Part shown: piece by piece, positions 39,613-50,595 of the stretch
Layout of the letters: every line of letters begins with the position of its first letter
Position numbering within the stretch: position 1 is the first letter of the stretch
NCBI RefSeq assembly: GCF_963921235.1
Contig: NC_086097.1
Location: 247,940,001-248,004,000 of the forward strand
Source of the DNA: Mobula hypostoma
Lineage: Eukaryota
Length of the DNA: 64,000 bases
Direction: 5' to 3'
Notes under the pieces: generated by a model
Seen by the model: only the letters and a program-made list of their open reading frames with translations
Told to the model about the DNA's origin: nothing
The model's database searches: none
Position numbers and translations under genes: made by a program

Positions 39613-40086
39613 TGTTACAAATCAGTACCACGAAATAACAAACTGTACACCATATACAATTGAACGATTTAGCTTTGTAATGCTCAATTTGACTAACGGG
39701 TTAGTAAAATAAAACAAAAAGAAAAGAGCCCATTTTGATGAAACAGTCTAACATGCACAAGTTGGAGCTCACGGTTTCCCTTTCACTGATCCTCCATCGA
39801 TTTCCCCGGGCTTCGTCAACTCCCGGCCCCACTCCAAGTCCACTCCTTTCCGATGTCTACAACCTCTCCTTCCTCTCTCCATCTCCCGCCGAACAAAAGA
39901 CACAGATCACCTTGGTCTCAGGCACACAACAAGAAAAAAAACACTTCCTTCACTGGACGGCACACATTCCAAAGCCCCCGTTATCTCCAGCCATAACCCA
40001 AACACTGCTGCTACAGAAAAACGATTAGCAGTGTTTCTACAGAAAGACCATTACATTAGCAATGAAACCTTTCCCAGGGCGTTACA
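39613..40086. mobile_element. Possible solo LTR
   Basis: tgttaca ... cgttaca termini typical of Gypsy LTRs, but no matching TSD. Confidence 0.45.
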
Positions 40087-40692
40087 ATTAGTAAGGGTGT
40101 CAAATGTTACCGGGAGAACTCAGGAAAATGGGGTTGAGCAGGATAATAAATCAGCCATGATGGAATGGCAGGGCAGACTTAATGGGCCAATTGGTCCAAT
40201 TCTGCTTCAATGTCTTGTCTTCTGGTCTGATGGGCATATATCAGTGATAGAAAATCTGTTTCTGATTCTGGATAGTCCATTGGTCCTTAATGGGTCCTTC
40301 TGTTTCCCTGGTTACTCTTCTGCACGTAAAATGAAATGATTTGGGAGTTTCTGTGACCTTGTCCTATGTACCTCCCTGCTTACCTTCCTTACTGTTTCTG
40401 AGCATCGCCCTACAATTTGTCAAGTTCTTCCTCCCCTCATTTTCAGTTCTCATCATCATTTATAACAAACTGGCACTTTATGGACTGATTTTCTAATTTC
40501 AATATAAATAACTATGGCGGGGGGGAGGGGAATAAACAGTCGATGATTCTGGCTGAGACCCTTTATCTAACTGGTAAGGGGGGGGACAAAAGCCAGTATA
40601 AGAAGGTGGGGGTCGTTGTCATCTGTCAGCTCCCCTCATCTTATTCTCTTCCTTTCCAGTCCTGATGTAGGGTCAGGGCCTGAAACGTGTTA

Positions 40693-40932
40693 ATCAGTGA
40701 TCTGTCTGATGAGACTACGATTGTATCCCTGGTGTGTGGATCAGTATCAGTTCAATGATACTATGATCATATCGCTGGTGTTAATCAGTGATCAGTCCGA
40801 TGAGACTATGATCGTATCCCTGATGTGTGGATCAGTGATCTGTCCGATGAGACTACGATGGTATCCCTGATGTGTGGATCAGTGATCAGTCCGATGAGAC
40901 TACGATGGTATCCCTGATGTGTGGATCAGTGA
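40693..40932. repeat. 47-bp minisatellite, about 5 copies
   Basis: Unit atcagtgatctgtccgatgagactacgatggtatccctgatgtgtgg. The 3' copies are nearly identical and the 5' copies are diverged. Confidence 0.9.
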
Positions 40933-40961
40933 CATGCTCTGTCTTCTTTCCTGCATTTCAG

Positions 40962-41036
40962 AGCTCGGTGAAGGTGAATCAGATCAGCCTGGATGAAAGT
41001 GGAGAATATATTGGGATTTGTTCAGACGACGGCAAG
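40962..41036 (+). CDS. VPS41: VPS41 coding exon (SSVKVNQISLDESGEYIGICSDDGK), 75 nt, phase 0/0
   Basis: Acceptor tcttctttcctgcatttcag and donor AAG|gtaagg. Matches VPS41 SPVKINQISLDESGEHMGVCSEDGK (WD40 region). The next exon (VQVFGLY...) was not found in the window. Confidence 0.96.
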
Positions 41037-43479
41037 GTAAGGGTTGCTATAGTCCCTTTTTCCTGTCTCACCCATGTTTGCAAACAACTTTTTGCTTTGT
41101 TTTTCTTCACTTCATGAATGAATTCCTCTCCATAAATGCAGCAATCAATAAAATAGGAAGATCTGATCACGATTTGGAAGATTATTAAAGGTGTAGACAG
41201 AGTGGACAGAGAGTATCTATTTCACAGGGTTGAAATGTCTCATACCGGAGGGCATGCATTGAGGGTGAAAGGGAATAGGCTGAAAAGGGATGTGAGGTGT
41301 AAGTTTTTTACTCAGAGAGCGGTGGATGCCTGGAATGCGTTTCCTGTTACAGTGGTAGTGGCAAATAGGTGTTTGAATAGGTGCATGGACATAAGGAAGG
41401 TGGAGGGATATGGACATTGTGTGGGTAGCAGGGATTAGTTTTTGGGGGTTTTTAATTTTATAGAGTCCCATTTCGAAATCAGGGTTATCATCACTCATAT
41501 ATGTCATGAACTTTGTTTTTTTTTGCAGCAGTAGTACAGTGCAATACATTATGACAATACTGTGCCAACATCTTAGGTGCCCTAATTATAGTGTGTGTGT
41601 GTGTATAAACTAGGGTGTCTAAGAATTTTGCATAGTGCTGTATATAGTAAACAACACTCAGAAAATGCTGAGAAACTCAGCGGGTCAGGCAGCATCTGCG
41701 GAGGTGAATAAACAGCCGACATTTTGGGCCAAGACCTCCACCAGGACCGGGAAAGACGGTGTTGGACTAAAAAGGTGTGGGAGGGGAAGGAGGACAATCT
41801 AGAAGGTGATGGGTGAAGCTAAGTAGACGGGAAAGACATAGGGCTGGAGAAAAAGGAATCTGGTGGGAGAGAAGAGTAGACCATAGGAAAAAGGGAAGAA
41901 GGAAGGGCACCGGGGAGGGGAAGAGGGAAGTGGCCAGAGGGAAGGTGAAGGGAAAGAAAAGTATTACCAGAAGGAGAAATCGATATGCAGGCCATGAAGA
42001 TCAATCTGGCTTCACTTTTTGTACTTCAATGCACTGTTGCAATCAATTGATCTTTGCGAACATTGTGCAAGATGAGGTTTTCACTGTATCTCCGTACATC
42101 TTCAAAGTTCCAAATAAATAAATTATCAAAATACGTACACTCGATGGCCACTTTAGTAGGTACAGGAGATTCAGGTGGTACCTAATAAAGTGGCCACTGA
42201 GTGTATGTTAATGGTCTTCTGCTGCTGCAGCCTGTCCTCTTCAAGGTAATTGTTCAAGCTGAAGTTTAGTTACCGTTCAACCATACACAGGAATACAGCC
42301 AAAGGAAACAGCGTTGCTCAGGGGCCAAGGTGTAAAACACGTTACCAACAGTCAGACACGGCACCTCTAGTTATGATAGAAGAAAAACATGCAGTCACAA
42401 ACACAGTGTATTTAGTCCACATCTCTGAGTGCCTTGGCCTGTAGACTGAAGATGCAGCAGATCCTCATCAGGTGCTAGTGCGGCTGCGGATGAACACAAT
42501 TCAGCTCGTCTTCCACCGAGTGAGCAGCGGAGTGCAGCACCGAAAGGAGGGGCCAGCTCCCAACCCAGCATGGAATCCAACTGTGGCAGGGCTGGAATGC
42601 CATCACCTCCTACAAACCAAAACAGAGCAACGTAGGCGACAACAAGGTTTCGCTCCCAGGTGAGCTCAATGCCTTTATGATCGCTCTGCCCATCAAAACA
42701 AGGCCGCACCTTCAAGAATTCCTGCAACCATCAATGAGTCTGTGATTTCAGTCTCTGGGGCATTTGGCCCAGAATGGGTACCTGGCCAAGTAATGAAGAC
42801 CTGTGCTGATCGACTGGCTGGAGTGTTCACCGAGATCTTTAACCTCTCGCTTTGGCCGTCTGAGATACCCACCTGGTTCAAGTAGGCTTCCGTAATACTG
42901 GTGCCTAAGGCCGGGGTAGCCTGCCACCGCTTCCTTCTTCGAGTGCAGGTTGCAGCAAGTGGAGCACTCAGTGAAGAAGATTAAAAGACCTGTTCAGCAC
43001 CAGAGCTGAAAAAAATTTTTGCTGACTCCACCCACCCTAGCCGTCGCCTAGTCACCAAATTGCCCTCAGGGAGACACTGCAAGTTCGTCGCCACCAAGAC
43101 TACACGTCATCTCCGAAGCTTCTTTCCTGTAGCCGTCCAGCTTCCCAACAAAACTCACTCAGGTGTAATACCCTCACTGACCCTGCATAACATCTGTCAA
43201 GTGCTCTTTCCTGCTCTCCTTTTTCTGTTGGTGATGACTGAATCTGTTCATATGTCCACATTTATCCACGAGATCGATTATTGACGTGACGTTTGTACGT
43301 GTGACCGTTCTGCTGACTGATGATTGCTCATGGCTGTTGGCACTATTGTTTTGTAAACTGTTGGTTGTTATTGTGTTGTCTGTTATGGTATTGTCCTGTG
43401 TTTTATGCTTGGCACCGAACCACAATTAATTCTGGTTTGTTTCACATAAAGTGATTGTGATTCAGATTCTGATTCAGTC

Positions 43480-44330
43480 CTGAATTCATCACCCTTTTCA
43501 ATTTTGCCCTCCTTGTTATCATCCCGCTGACTGCAATTTTGCTCTATCATGCCTGTCCTTCCTCACAGTCTCACTACACACTGCATCGACATGTATACCA
43601 ACTGACCCATCCTCAGCCCTATCACTCTGGTCCTCTACAAAATTAGTTCAAACTCTTCCCAACAGCTCTAGCAAACTTGCCTGCAACGATATTGGTCCCC
43701 CTCGGATTCAGGTGCAACCCGTCCTTTTTGTACAGGTCATACCTTCCCCAGAAATGATCCCAGTGATCCAGAAATCTGAAACCTTGTCCCGTGCACCACT
43801 TCTTCAGCCACTCATCCATCTGTACTCTCATCCTACTCCTGCCCTGACGGGCACGTGGCACTGAGAGTAATTCAGAGATTACTTCCATGGAGGTCCTGCT
43901 CTTTGGCCTCTTCTTTAGCTTCCTGTACTCACTGCACAGAACTTCTTCCCCATTTCTATCTATATCATCGATGCCAATTTGTACCAATGCCTCTGGGTTC
44001 ACTGCCCCTTGAGAATCATCTGCAGCCACTCTGAGACATACAGCACCTGGGAGGCAACATGCCACCCACAGGAGGAGCATTCTGCTGCCTGAACTACCAT
44101 CCTGCCTACTATTGTTATATGTCTAACTTCTCAAGCTTAGGTTCTAGCCTGTGCCTGATCTTGCCGAAACCTGCTGAGCCAAAGCCTGACGACTCCAACA
44201 ATGGCCAAAACTCCAGCAGTAGTTGCTCACACTTCTTTTTATTGGCCCTTAGTAAGTAACTATTAAACCAAGCAATCTTCTACTCCATAGACAAATCCCG
44301 CCGGGCTCTGCTCGCCTTTTAAAACTGGCG
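43480..44330 (-). mobile_element. CR1 5' remnant encoding the ORF1 SGNH-esterase-like domain
   Basis: ORF 43643..44080 has VQIGIDDI, WLKKWC...GFRFLDHW and DGLHLNPRG. Confidence 0.8.
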
Positions 44331-45726
44331 TGTAAAATCCACAAGGAACTGTCTCCAACTCATTCCAAGATCTCCCACTCAGCAAATTAGTTGTATCGCT
44401 GCCTGATAGGGAAGCAGCAATGCCCTTGAACGTAAATACCTCAAGAAGTAGTGGATACAGCCCAGTCCATCACAGGCAAAGCCCTCCCCAGTACTGAGCT
44501 CATCTTCACCGGGGCACTGTCGCAGGAAAGCAGCATCCATCGTCAAGGTCCCTCACCACCCAGGCCAGGTTCTCTTCTCGGGAAGAAGGTACAGAAGCCT
44601 CAGGACTCACACCACCAGATTCAGGAACCATTATTACCCCCCTCAACTATCAGGGTCTTGAAACAGAGGGGGTAACTGCACTCAACTTCACTTGCTTCAT
44701 CACTGAAATGTTCCCATAACCGATGGACTCGCATTCAAGGACTCTACATTTTACTCTTGAAATTCAATGCTTAATTATTTATTACTTTTTTCTTTCTTTT
44801 TATATTTGCATAGTTTGCTGTCTTTTGCACATTGAATGTTTGTCAGTCCAGTGCTTCATGTCTGCAAGCTTTGCGGTGATTTGCCGCGCTAATATGATGA
44901 ACCGAGTACAGAGGCTTTGGGCCTACTCTGGGCCGCTCTGGGGATTTGGAAGTGAAGGCTCAGTTTGGTTTCAAGTCCAATCCTCATTCCCATTCTGACA
45001 TGTCGATCAATGTATTCCTCTTCTGACAGAATGAAGCCACCCTCAGGCTGGAGGAGCAACACCTTATCTACATTGATTTCTCCTTCCAGTGATTTTTTTT
45101 TCCCCTTCCCTTCTCTCTTCTTCAGTTCCACACTCTGCCCCTCGCCTTTTTACCTCTTCACCCCCTGAAGCCCCTCCACCTTCCCTTTTTCCATGGTCCA
45201 CTCACCTTGCCTATCAGTTTCTTTCTTCTCCAGCCCTTTACCTCTTCCACGTATCACCTCCCAGCTTCTTACTTCACCCCCTGCCCCACCCAGCTGGTCT
45301 CAGCTGTCACCCACCAGCGTGTCCTCCTTCCTCTCCCCCACCTTCTTATCCCAGCTTCTTCCCCTTCCCAGTCTGGAAGTATCTTGACCTGAAACGTTGA
45401 CTGTTTGTTCATTTTCATAGATCTGCCTGACCTGCTCAGTTCCCCCAGTGTTTTATGTACAATTGTTGTATCTTCTGGCTTTGTGATTGACCTCAAATAT
45501 TTCTTTAATCTGACATTAAAATGATGGAACAAATGGCAACAAGATTTTGCTGTCAATCCAGTCATTAGGATCCATATTCCATCAATAGACGTTCCCTTCA
45601 AAGCACTCGGCTTATTGTATTTGCCAGTAACCACTAACTTAGCCTGCTGCATTGACACTTGCCCATATTGTAATAGGAATCCTGTTTTAAGTCAAATACT
45701 TTTTTTTGCAGGTGTAATATTAATTC

Positions 45727-46095
45727 GGGGTGGCGGGATAGAGATATGTCTCTACCAAAGGAGGTGTAAGGTGCTCCTTTCCTCCACTACCCTGCAGGTC
45801 ACCCTTGGGCAAGGTGCAGCACCTGATGAGCCCCTCCCCCACCAATCAGGGTCATGTGACACCATGAGAGCGGTTGGTGGATGGTCGTACGAGCAGCTGA
45901 TGCATATCACAAATCCTGGTTATGTGACCACTGACACCAGTATTGATAATGGCTGGGGTGACCCGTCTTGTAAAGACACTGCCCAGAAGAAGGCAATGGC
46001 AAACCTCTTCTGTAGAAGAATTTGCCAAGAACAATCATGGTCAAAAGACTGTGTTTGCCCATGTCATATGACACAGCACGTAACGAATGAATGAA
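45727..46095 (+). mobile_element. ~370-bp SINE-like element with RTE-type tail, uninterrupted copy
   Basis: gaaggcaatggcaaacctcttctg and an (aatg)n end; homologous to the pieces at 59-3031. Confidence 0.75.
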
Positions 46096-46499
46096 CTTTA
46101 ATTCTGGAAGACAGTGGTACCACACACTAGTCTCATCAGCAGTAAGATTTGTTTCAGAGAGAAACCATGTTAATATATCAATAAGATTGAAAGAGTGCAG
46201 AGAAAATTTACAACAATATTAGAGGGACTTTTCACCCTGGAGCATAGGAGAATGAGGGGAGATTTGAAAGAGGCATCGTAAATTATGAGTATAGATTGGG
46301 TAAATGCAAGCAGGCATTTTCCACTGATGTTGGGTGAGACTAGAACTAGAGGTCATGGGTTAAGGGTTAAAGGTGAAAAGGTGAAATGTTTAAGGGGAAC
46401 CTGAGGTGGAATTTCAAGTATGGAACGAGCTTCCAGTGCAAGTGGTGCATGCGAGCTCGGTTTCAATATTTAAGAGAAATTTGGATAGTTACAGTACAT

Positions 46500-47136
46500 G
46501 GATTCATAGCAAGAGGATTCGAGTACAGGAGCAGGGAGGTACTACTGCAGTTGTACAAGGCCTTGGTGAGACCACCCCTGGAGTAGTGTGTGCAGTTTTG
46601 GTCCCCTAATCTGAGGAAAGACATTCTTGCCATAGAGGGAGTACAAAGAAGGTTCACCAGATTGATTCCTGGGATGGCAGGACTTTCATGTGATGAAAGA
46701 CTGGATCGACTAGGCTTGTACTCTCTGGAATTTAGAAGATTGACGGGGGATCTGATTGAAACGTATAAAATTCTAAAGGGATTAGACAGGCTAGATGCAG
46801 AAAGATTGTTCCTGATGTTGGGGAAGTCCAGAACGAGGGGTCACAGTTTGAGGATAAAGGGGAAGCCTTTTAGGACCGAGATGAGGAAAAACTTCTTCAC
46901 ACAGAGAGTGGTGAATCTGTGGAATTCTCTGCCCCAGGAAACAGTTGAGGCCAGTTTATTGGCTATATTTAAGAGGGAGTTAGATATGGCCCTTATGACT
47001 AAAGGGATCAGGGGGTATGGAGAGAAGGCAGGTACAGTGTTCTGAGTTGGATGATCAGCCATGATCGTACTGAATGGCGGTGCAGGCTTGAAGGGCCGAA
47101 TGGCCTACTCCTGCACCTATTTTCTATGTTTCTATG
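46500..47136 (+). mobile_element. CR1 3' fragment, near-identical to 970-2889
   Basis: ORF 46590..47045; (tttctatg)n tail. Confidence 0.92.
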
Positions 47137-48260
47137 GATAGGAGGGGTATGAAGGGCTATGGTTGGGGTGCAGGTTGATGGGACTAGGCAGAATATTAGT
47201 TTAGCGTAGACTAGATGGGAAGAAGAGCCTTATTCTGTGTTGTAGTGGTCTGTGACTCTATTGCTTTAAATCCATCTACTGACTCCTGAAGGAACTCAGT
47301 ACTTTTTTTCAGAACTCACCAGCTATTTTTGACCCCAAAATATCAAGCCTTTGTACACTTTGCTGAAGCTCGAAGCGCAACAGCCGCCTTCTTGAAATCT
47401 TGCAGGGTTCTGTAGTGTCCATCTTCTCAGATGTCTTTTCGCCTTTTTGATCAGCATGGGATCAGAAATCAATGAACCTTCCAAATATTTCAAAGCAGAC
47501 CACTTGTCCGAAATCCTGTCTAACTGGACCGATTTCAGTTTTTGAAGAGTTGCAATACTTTTGACAGCCTAGCTTATTTTCTACGAAGGCAGGAAGTTCA
47601 GTAACTGATTCTGTAAAGTGTGTACATCATGGAGGAACCCGTGGCAAATCCCTTCAAAAAGTCATTTTTCTTTTCACCCTTCTTCCATGGCTAAATTGTC
47701 TCCAACATCCATGTGATTGTACTTGGGTAGAAATCCAGTTGGTGCGGGCAGGTTGTCAGAGAGATGATGTAGTATAACACAGAACAGTCCTTTCAGCCCA
47801 CATTGTTGTGCCAGCCTTTTAACCTATTCTAAGGTCAATCTAATCCCACATGGCCCTCCGTTTTTCTATCATTTACGTACCTTCCTAAGAGTTTCTTAAA
47901 TGTTCCTAATGTATCTGCGTCTACCACCACCCTGCTGCTGATATGGTATTCCACACGTCCACCACTCTCTGTGTAAAGAACTTATCTCTGACATCCTCCC
48001 TATACTTCCCTCCAATCACCTTAAAATGATGCCCTCCTTGTATTAGCCATTTTCGCCCTTGGGAAAAAGTATCTGGCTGACCACTTCATTCTGCCTCTTC
48101 TCCTCATGTGCACGTATATAAAATCACCGTCACTCAGAGGGTCATGAGAGTGTGGGACACACTTAGAGGGGACAGTGCTGGTGACACTGGTGGGCTCCTT
48201 CCAGCACATGTTTGGACTGTGTTGGTTGTTCACACAAAAAAAACACATTGTTTCCATGTA

Positions 48261-49059
48261 ACACCCATCAAAGTTGCTGGTGAACGCAGCAGGCCAGGCA
48301 GCATCTCTAGGAAGAGGTACAGTCGACATTTCAGGCCGAGACCCTTCGTCAGGACTAACTGAAGGAAGAGTTAGTAAGAGATTTGAAAGTGGGAGGGGAG
48401 GGGGAGATCCAAAATGATAGGAGAAGACAGGAGGGGGAGGGATGGAGCCAAGAGCTGGACAGGTCATTGGCAAAAGGGATAAGAGAGGATTATGGGACGG
48501 GAGGCCTAGGGAGAAAGAAAAGGGGGAGGGGGAACCCAGAGGATGGGCAAGGGGTATAGTCAGAGGGACAGAGGGAGAAAAAGGAGAGAGAGAAAAAGAA
48601 TGTGTGTATATAAATAAATAACGGATGTGGGTACGAGGGGGAGGTGGGGCATTAGCGGAAGTTAGAGAAGCCAGTGTTCATGCCATCAGGTTGGAGGCTA
48701 CCCAGACGGAATATAAGGTGTTATTCCTCCAACCTGAGTGTGGCTTCAGTGGATGGGAGATCCCCTGAGTGGATAAAGTCAGTGCTGGTGTGGGAGACGA
48801 TGGCCTGGTGCTCCTTAGTGGGGTCACGATCGAGGGGTCCCTCCCCCTCCTGTCTTCCTCTATCATTTTGGATCTCCCCCTCCCCCTCCCACTTTCAAAT
48901 CTCTCACTAGCTCTTCTTTCAGTTACGTCCTGACGAAGGGTCTCGGCCTGAAACGTCAACTGCACCTCTTCCTAGAGGTGCTGCCTGGCCTGCTGCGTTC
49001 ACCAGCAACTTTTATGTGTGTTGCTTGAAATTCCAGCATCTGCAGGTTTCCTCGTGTTT
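48261..49059. mobile_element. Fold-back Penelope-derived insertion with 13-bp TSD and two hammerhead motifs
   Basis: TSD ttgtttccatgta (48248-48260 and 49060-49072). The minus arm encodes LRLEE*HLIFRLGSLQPDGMN. Hammerhead motifs at 48321-48356 (-) and 48926-48961 (+). Confidence 0.85.
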
Positions 49060-50078
49060 TTGTTTCCATGTACATTGAGCTTGATTTCAACACTTAAGTG
49101 AAGTTTGGATAGGTACATGGACGGTAGTGGTACAGGGAATATGGTTGATGTGAGTAGGCAGTTTAAATGTCTCAGCACAGACTAGATGGGCCGAAGGGCC
49201 CCTTCCTGTGCTGTATTTTTCTATGACTCTATAACTTCTCATCCTCCTTTGCTCCGAAGAGAAAAGTCATAACTCGTTCAACCTATCCTCATAAGATATG
49301 CTCACTAATCCAGGCGGAATCCTGGTAAATCTCCTCTGCATCCTCTAACGCTTCCACATCCTTCCTCTGATAAGGTGACCAGAATTCAACACCATATAGA
49401 GAGGGCATACAACATCACAAAAATTAGTGGTAAGACAGAGGATTGGGAAGCTTTTAAAATCCTACAGAAAGCAACTAAAAAAATCTTTAGGAGGGAAAAG
49501 ATGAAATATGAAAGCAAGCAAACAAACAATATCAAAGTGGATAGAAAAAGATTTTTCAAGTATGTAAAAAAATAAAAGAGATGAGAGTGGATATAGCACC
49601 ACTAGAAAATGAGGGCAGAGAAATAATATCAGATGAATGGCAGATGAACTAAATGAGTATTTTGCATCAGTCTTCACTGTGGAAGACAGAAGCATTGTTC
49701 CAGATGTTGAAGGGTGTGAGGGAAGAGAAGTGAGTGCAATTGATATTACAAGGGAGAAGGTGTTCAAAAAGCTGAAAGATCTAAGGGTACATAAGTCACC
49801 TGGCCCAGATGAACTGCACTCTAGGGTTCTGAAAGAGGTAGTGGTGGAAACTGTGGAGTCATTAGAAATGATCTTTCAAAACTCATTGGACTCTGGCATG
49901 GTACCAGAGGACTGGAAAATTGCAAATGTCACTCCACTCTAAGAAAGGAGGAAGGTAGCAGAAAGGAAATTATAGACCAGTTAGCCTGACCTCAGTGGTT
50001 GAGAAGATGTTGGAGTCAATTATTAGGGACAAGGTGATGGAGTACTTGGTTTTACAGGACGAGACAGGACAAAGTCAG

Positions 50079-50307
50079 GCAACACACATCAAAGTTGCTG
50101 GTGAACGCAGCAGGCCAGGCAGCATCTATAGGAAGAGGCGCAGTCGACGTTTCAGGCCGAGACCCTTCGTCAGGACCTGACGAAGGGTCTCGGCCTGAAA
50201 CGTTGACTGCGCCTCTTCCTATAGATGCTGCCTGGCCTGCTGCGTTCACCAGCAACTTTGATGTGTGTTGCTTGAATTTCCAGCATCTGCAGAATTCCTG
50301 TTGTTTG
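50079..50307. mobile_element. 229-bp palindromic Penelope-derived insertion with 14-bp TSD
   Basis: 96-bp inverted arms (50079-50174 and 50176-50271, one mismatch, 1-nt spacer). TSD caggacaaagtcag at 50065-50078 and 50308-50321. Confidence 0.9.
50142..50177 (-). ncRNA. Minimal hammerhead ribozyme motif; mirror copy on + at 50173-50208
   Basis: Minus strand GGUC CUGACGA A GGGUC-UC-GGCCU GAAA CGUC GACU. The + copy has CGUU and a stem I mismatch. Confidence 0.65.
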
Positions 50308-50489
50308 CAGGACAAAGTCAGCGTGGTTTCCATAAGGGAAAATCATGCCTGACAAACCTGTTGGAATTCTTTGAGGAGATTACAAGTGGAGTAGATAAAG
50401 GGAATGCAGTGGATGTTGTATATTTGGACTTTCAGAAGGCCTTTGACAAGGTGCCACAAATGATGCTGCTTACCAAGATAAGAGTGTGG

Positions 50490-50595
50490 CGAGTGGCCAA
50501 GTGGTTAGGGCGTTGGACTAGCGATCTGAAGGTCGTGGGTTCGAGCCTCGGCCGAGGCAGCGTGTGTGTCCTTGAGCAAGGCACTTAACCATACA
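50490..50595 (+). mobile_element. tRNA-derived SINE head
   Basis: A box tggccaagtgg and B box ggttcgagcc, followed by cttgagcaaggcacttaacc. Confidence 0.75.

Noticed and set aside
40693..40932. CRISPR-like array, C/D snoRNA or tandem hammerheads in the 47-bp repeat (ctgatga/ccgatga)
   Set aside because: No unique spacers, the context is eukaryotic, and there is no GAAA box or terminal stem. It is a plain minisatellite.
40872..41117. 81-aa ORF as a standalone gene
   Set aside because: It is the VPS41 exon read through into flanking intron and minisatellite sequence.
50490..50575. tRNA gene
   Set aside because: A and B boxes are present, but there is no convincing acceptor stem or poly-T terminator and it runs into the SINE body seen at 4613-4922. 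The same applies to 59935-60080.
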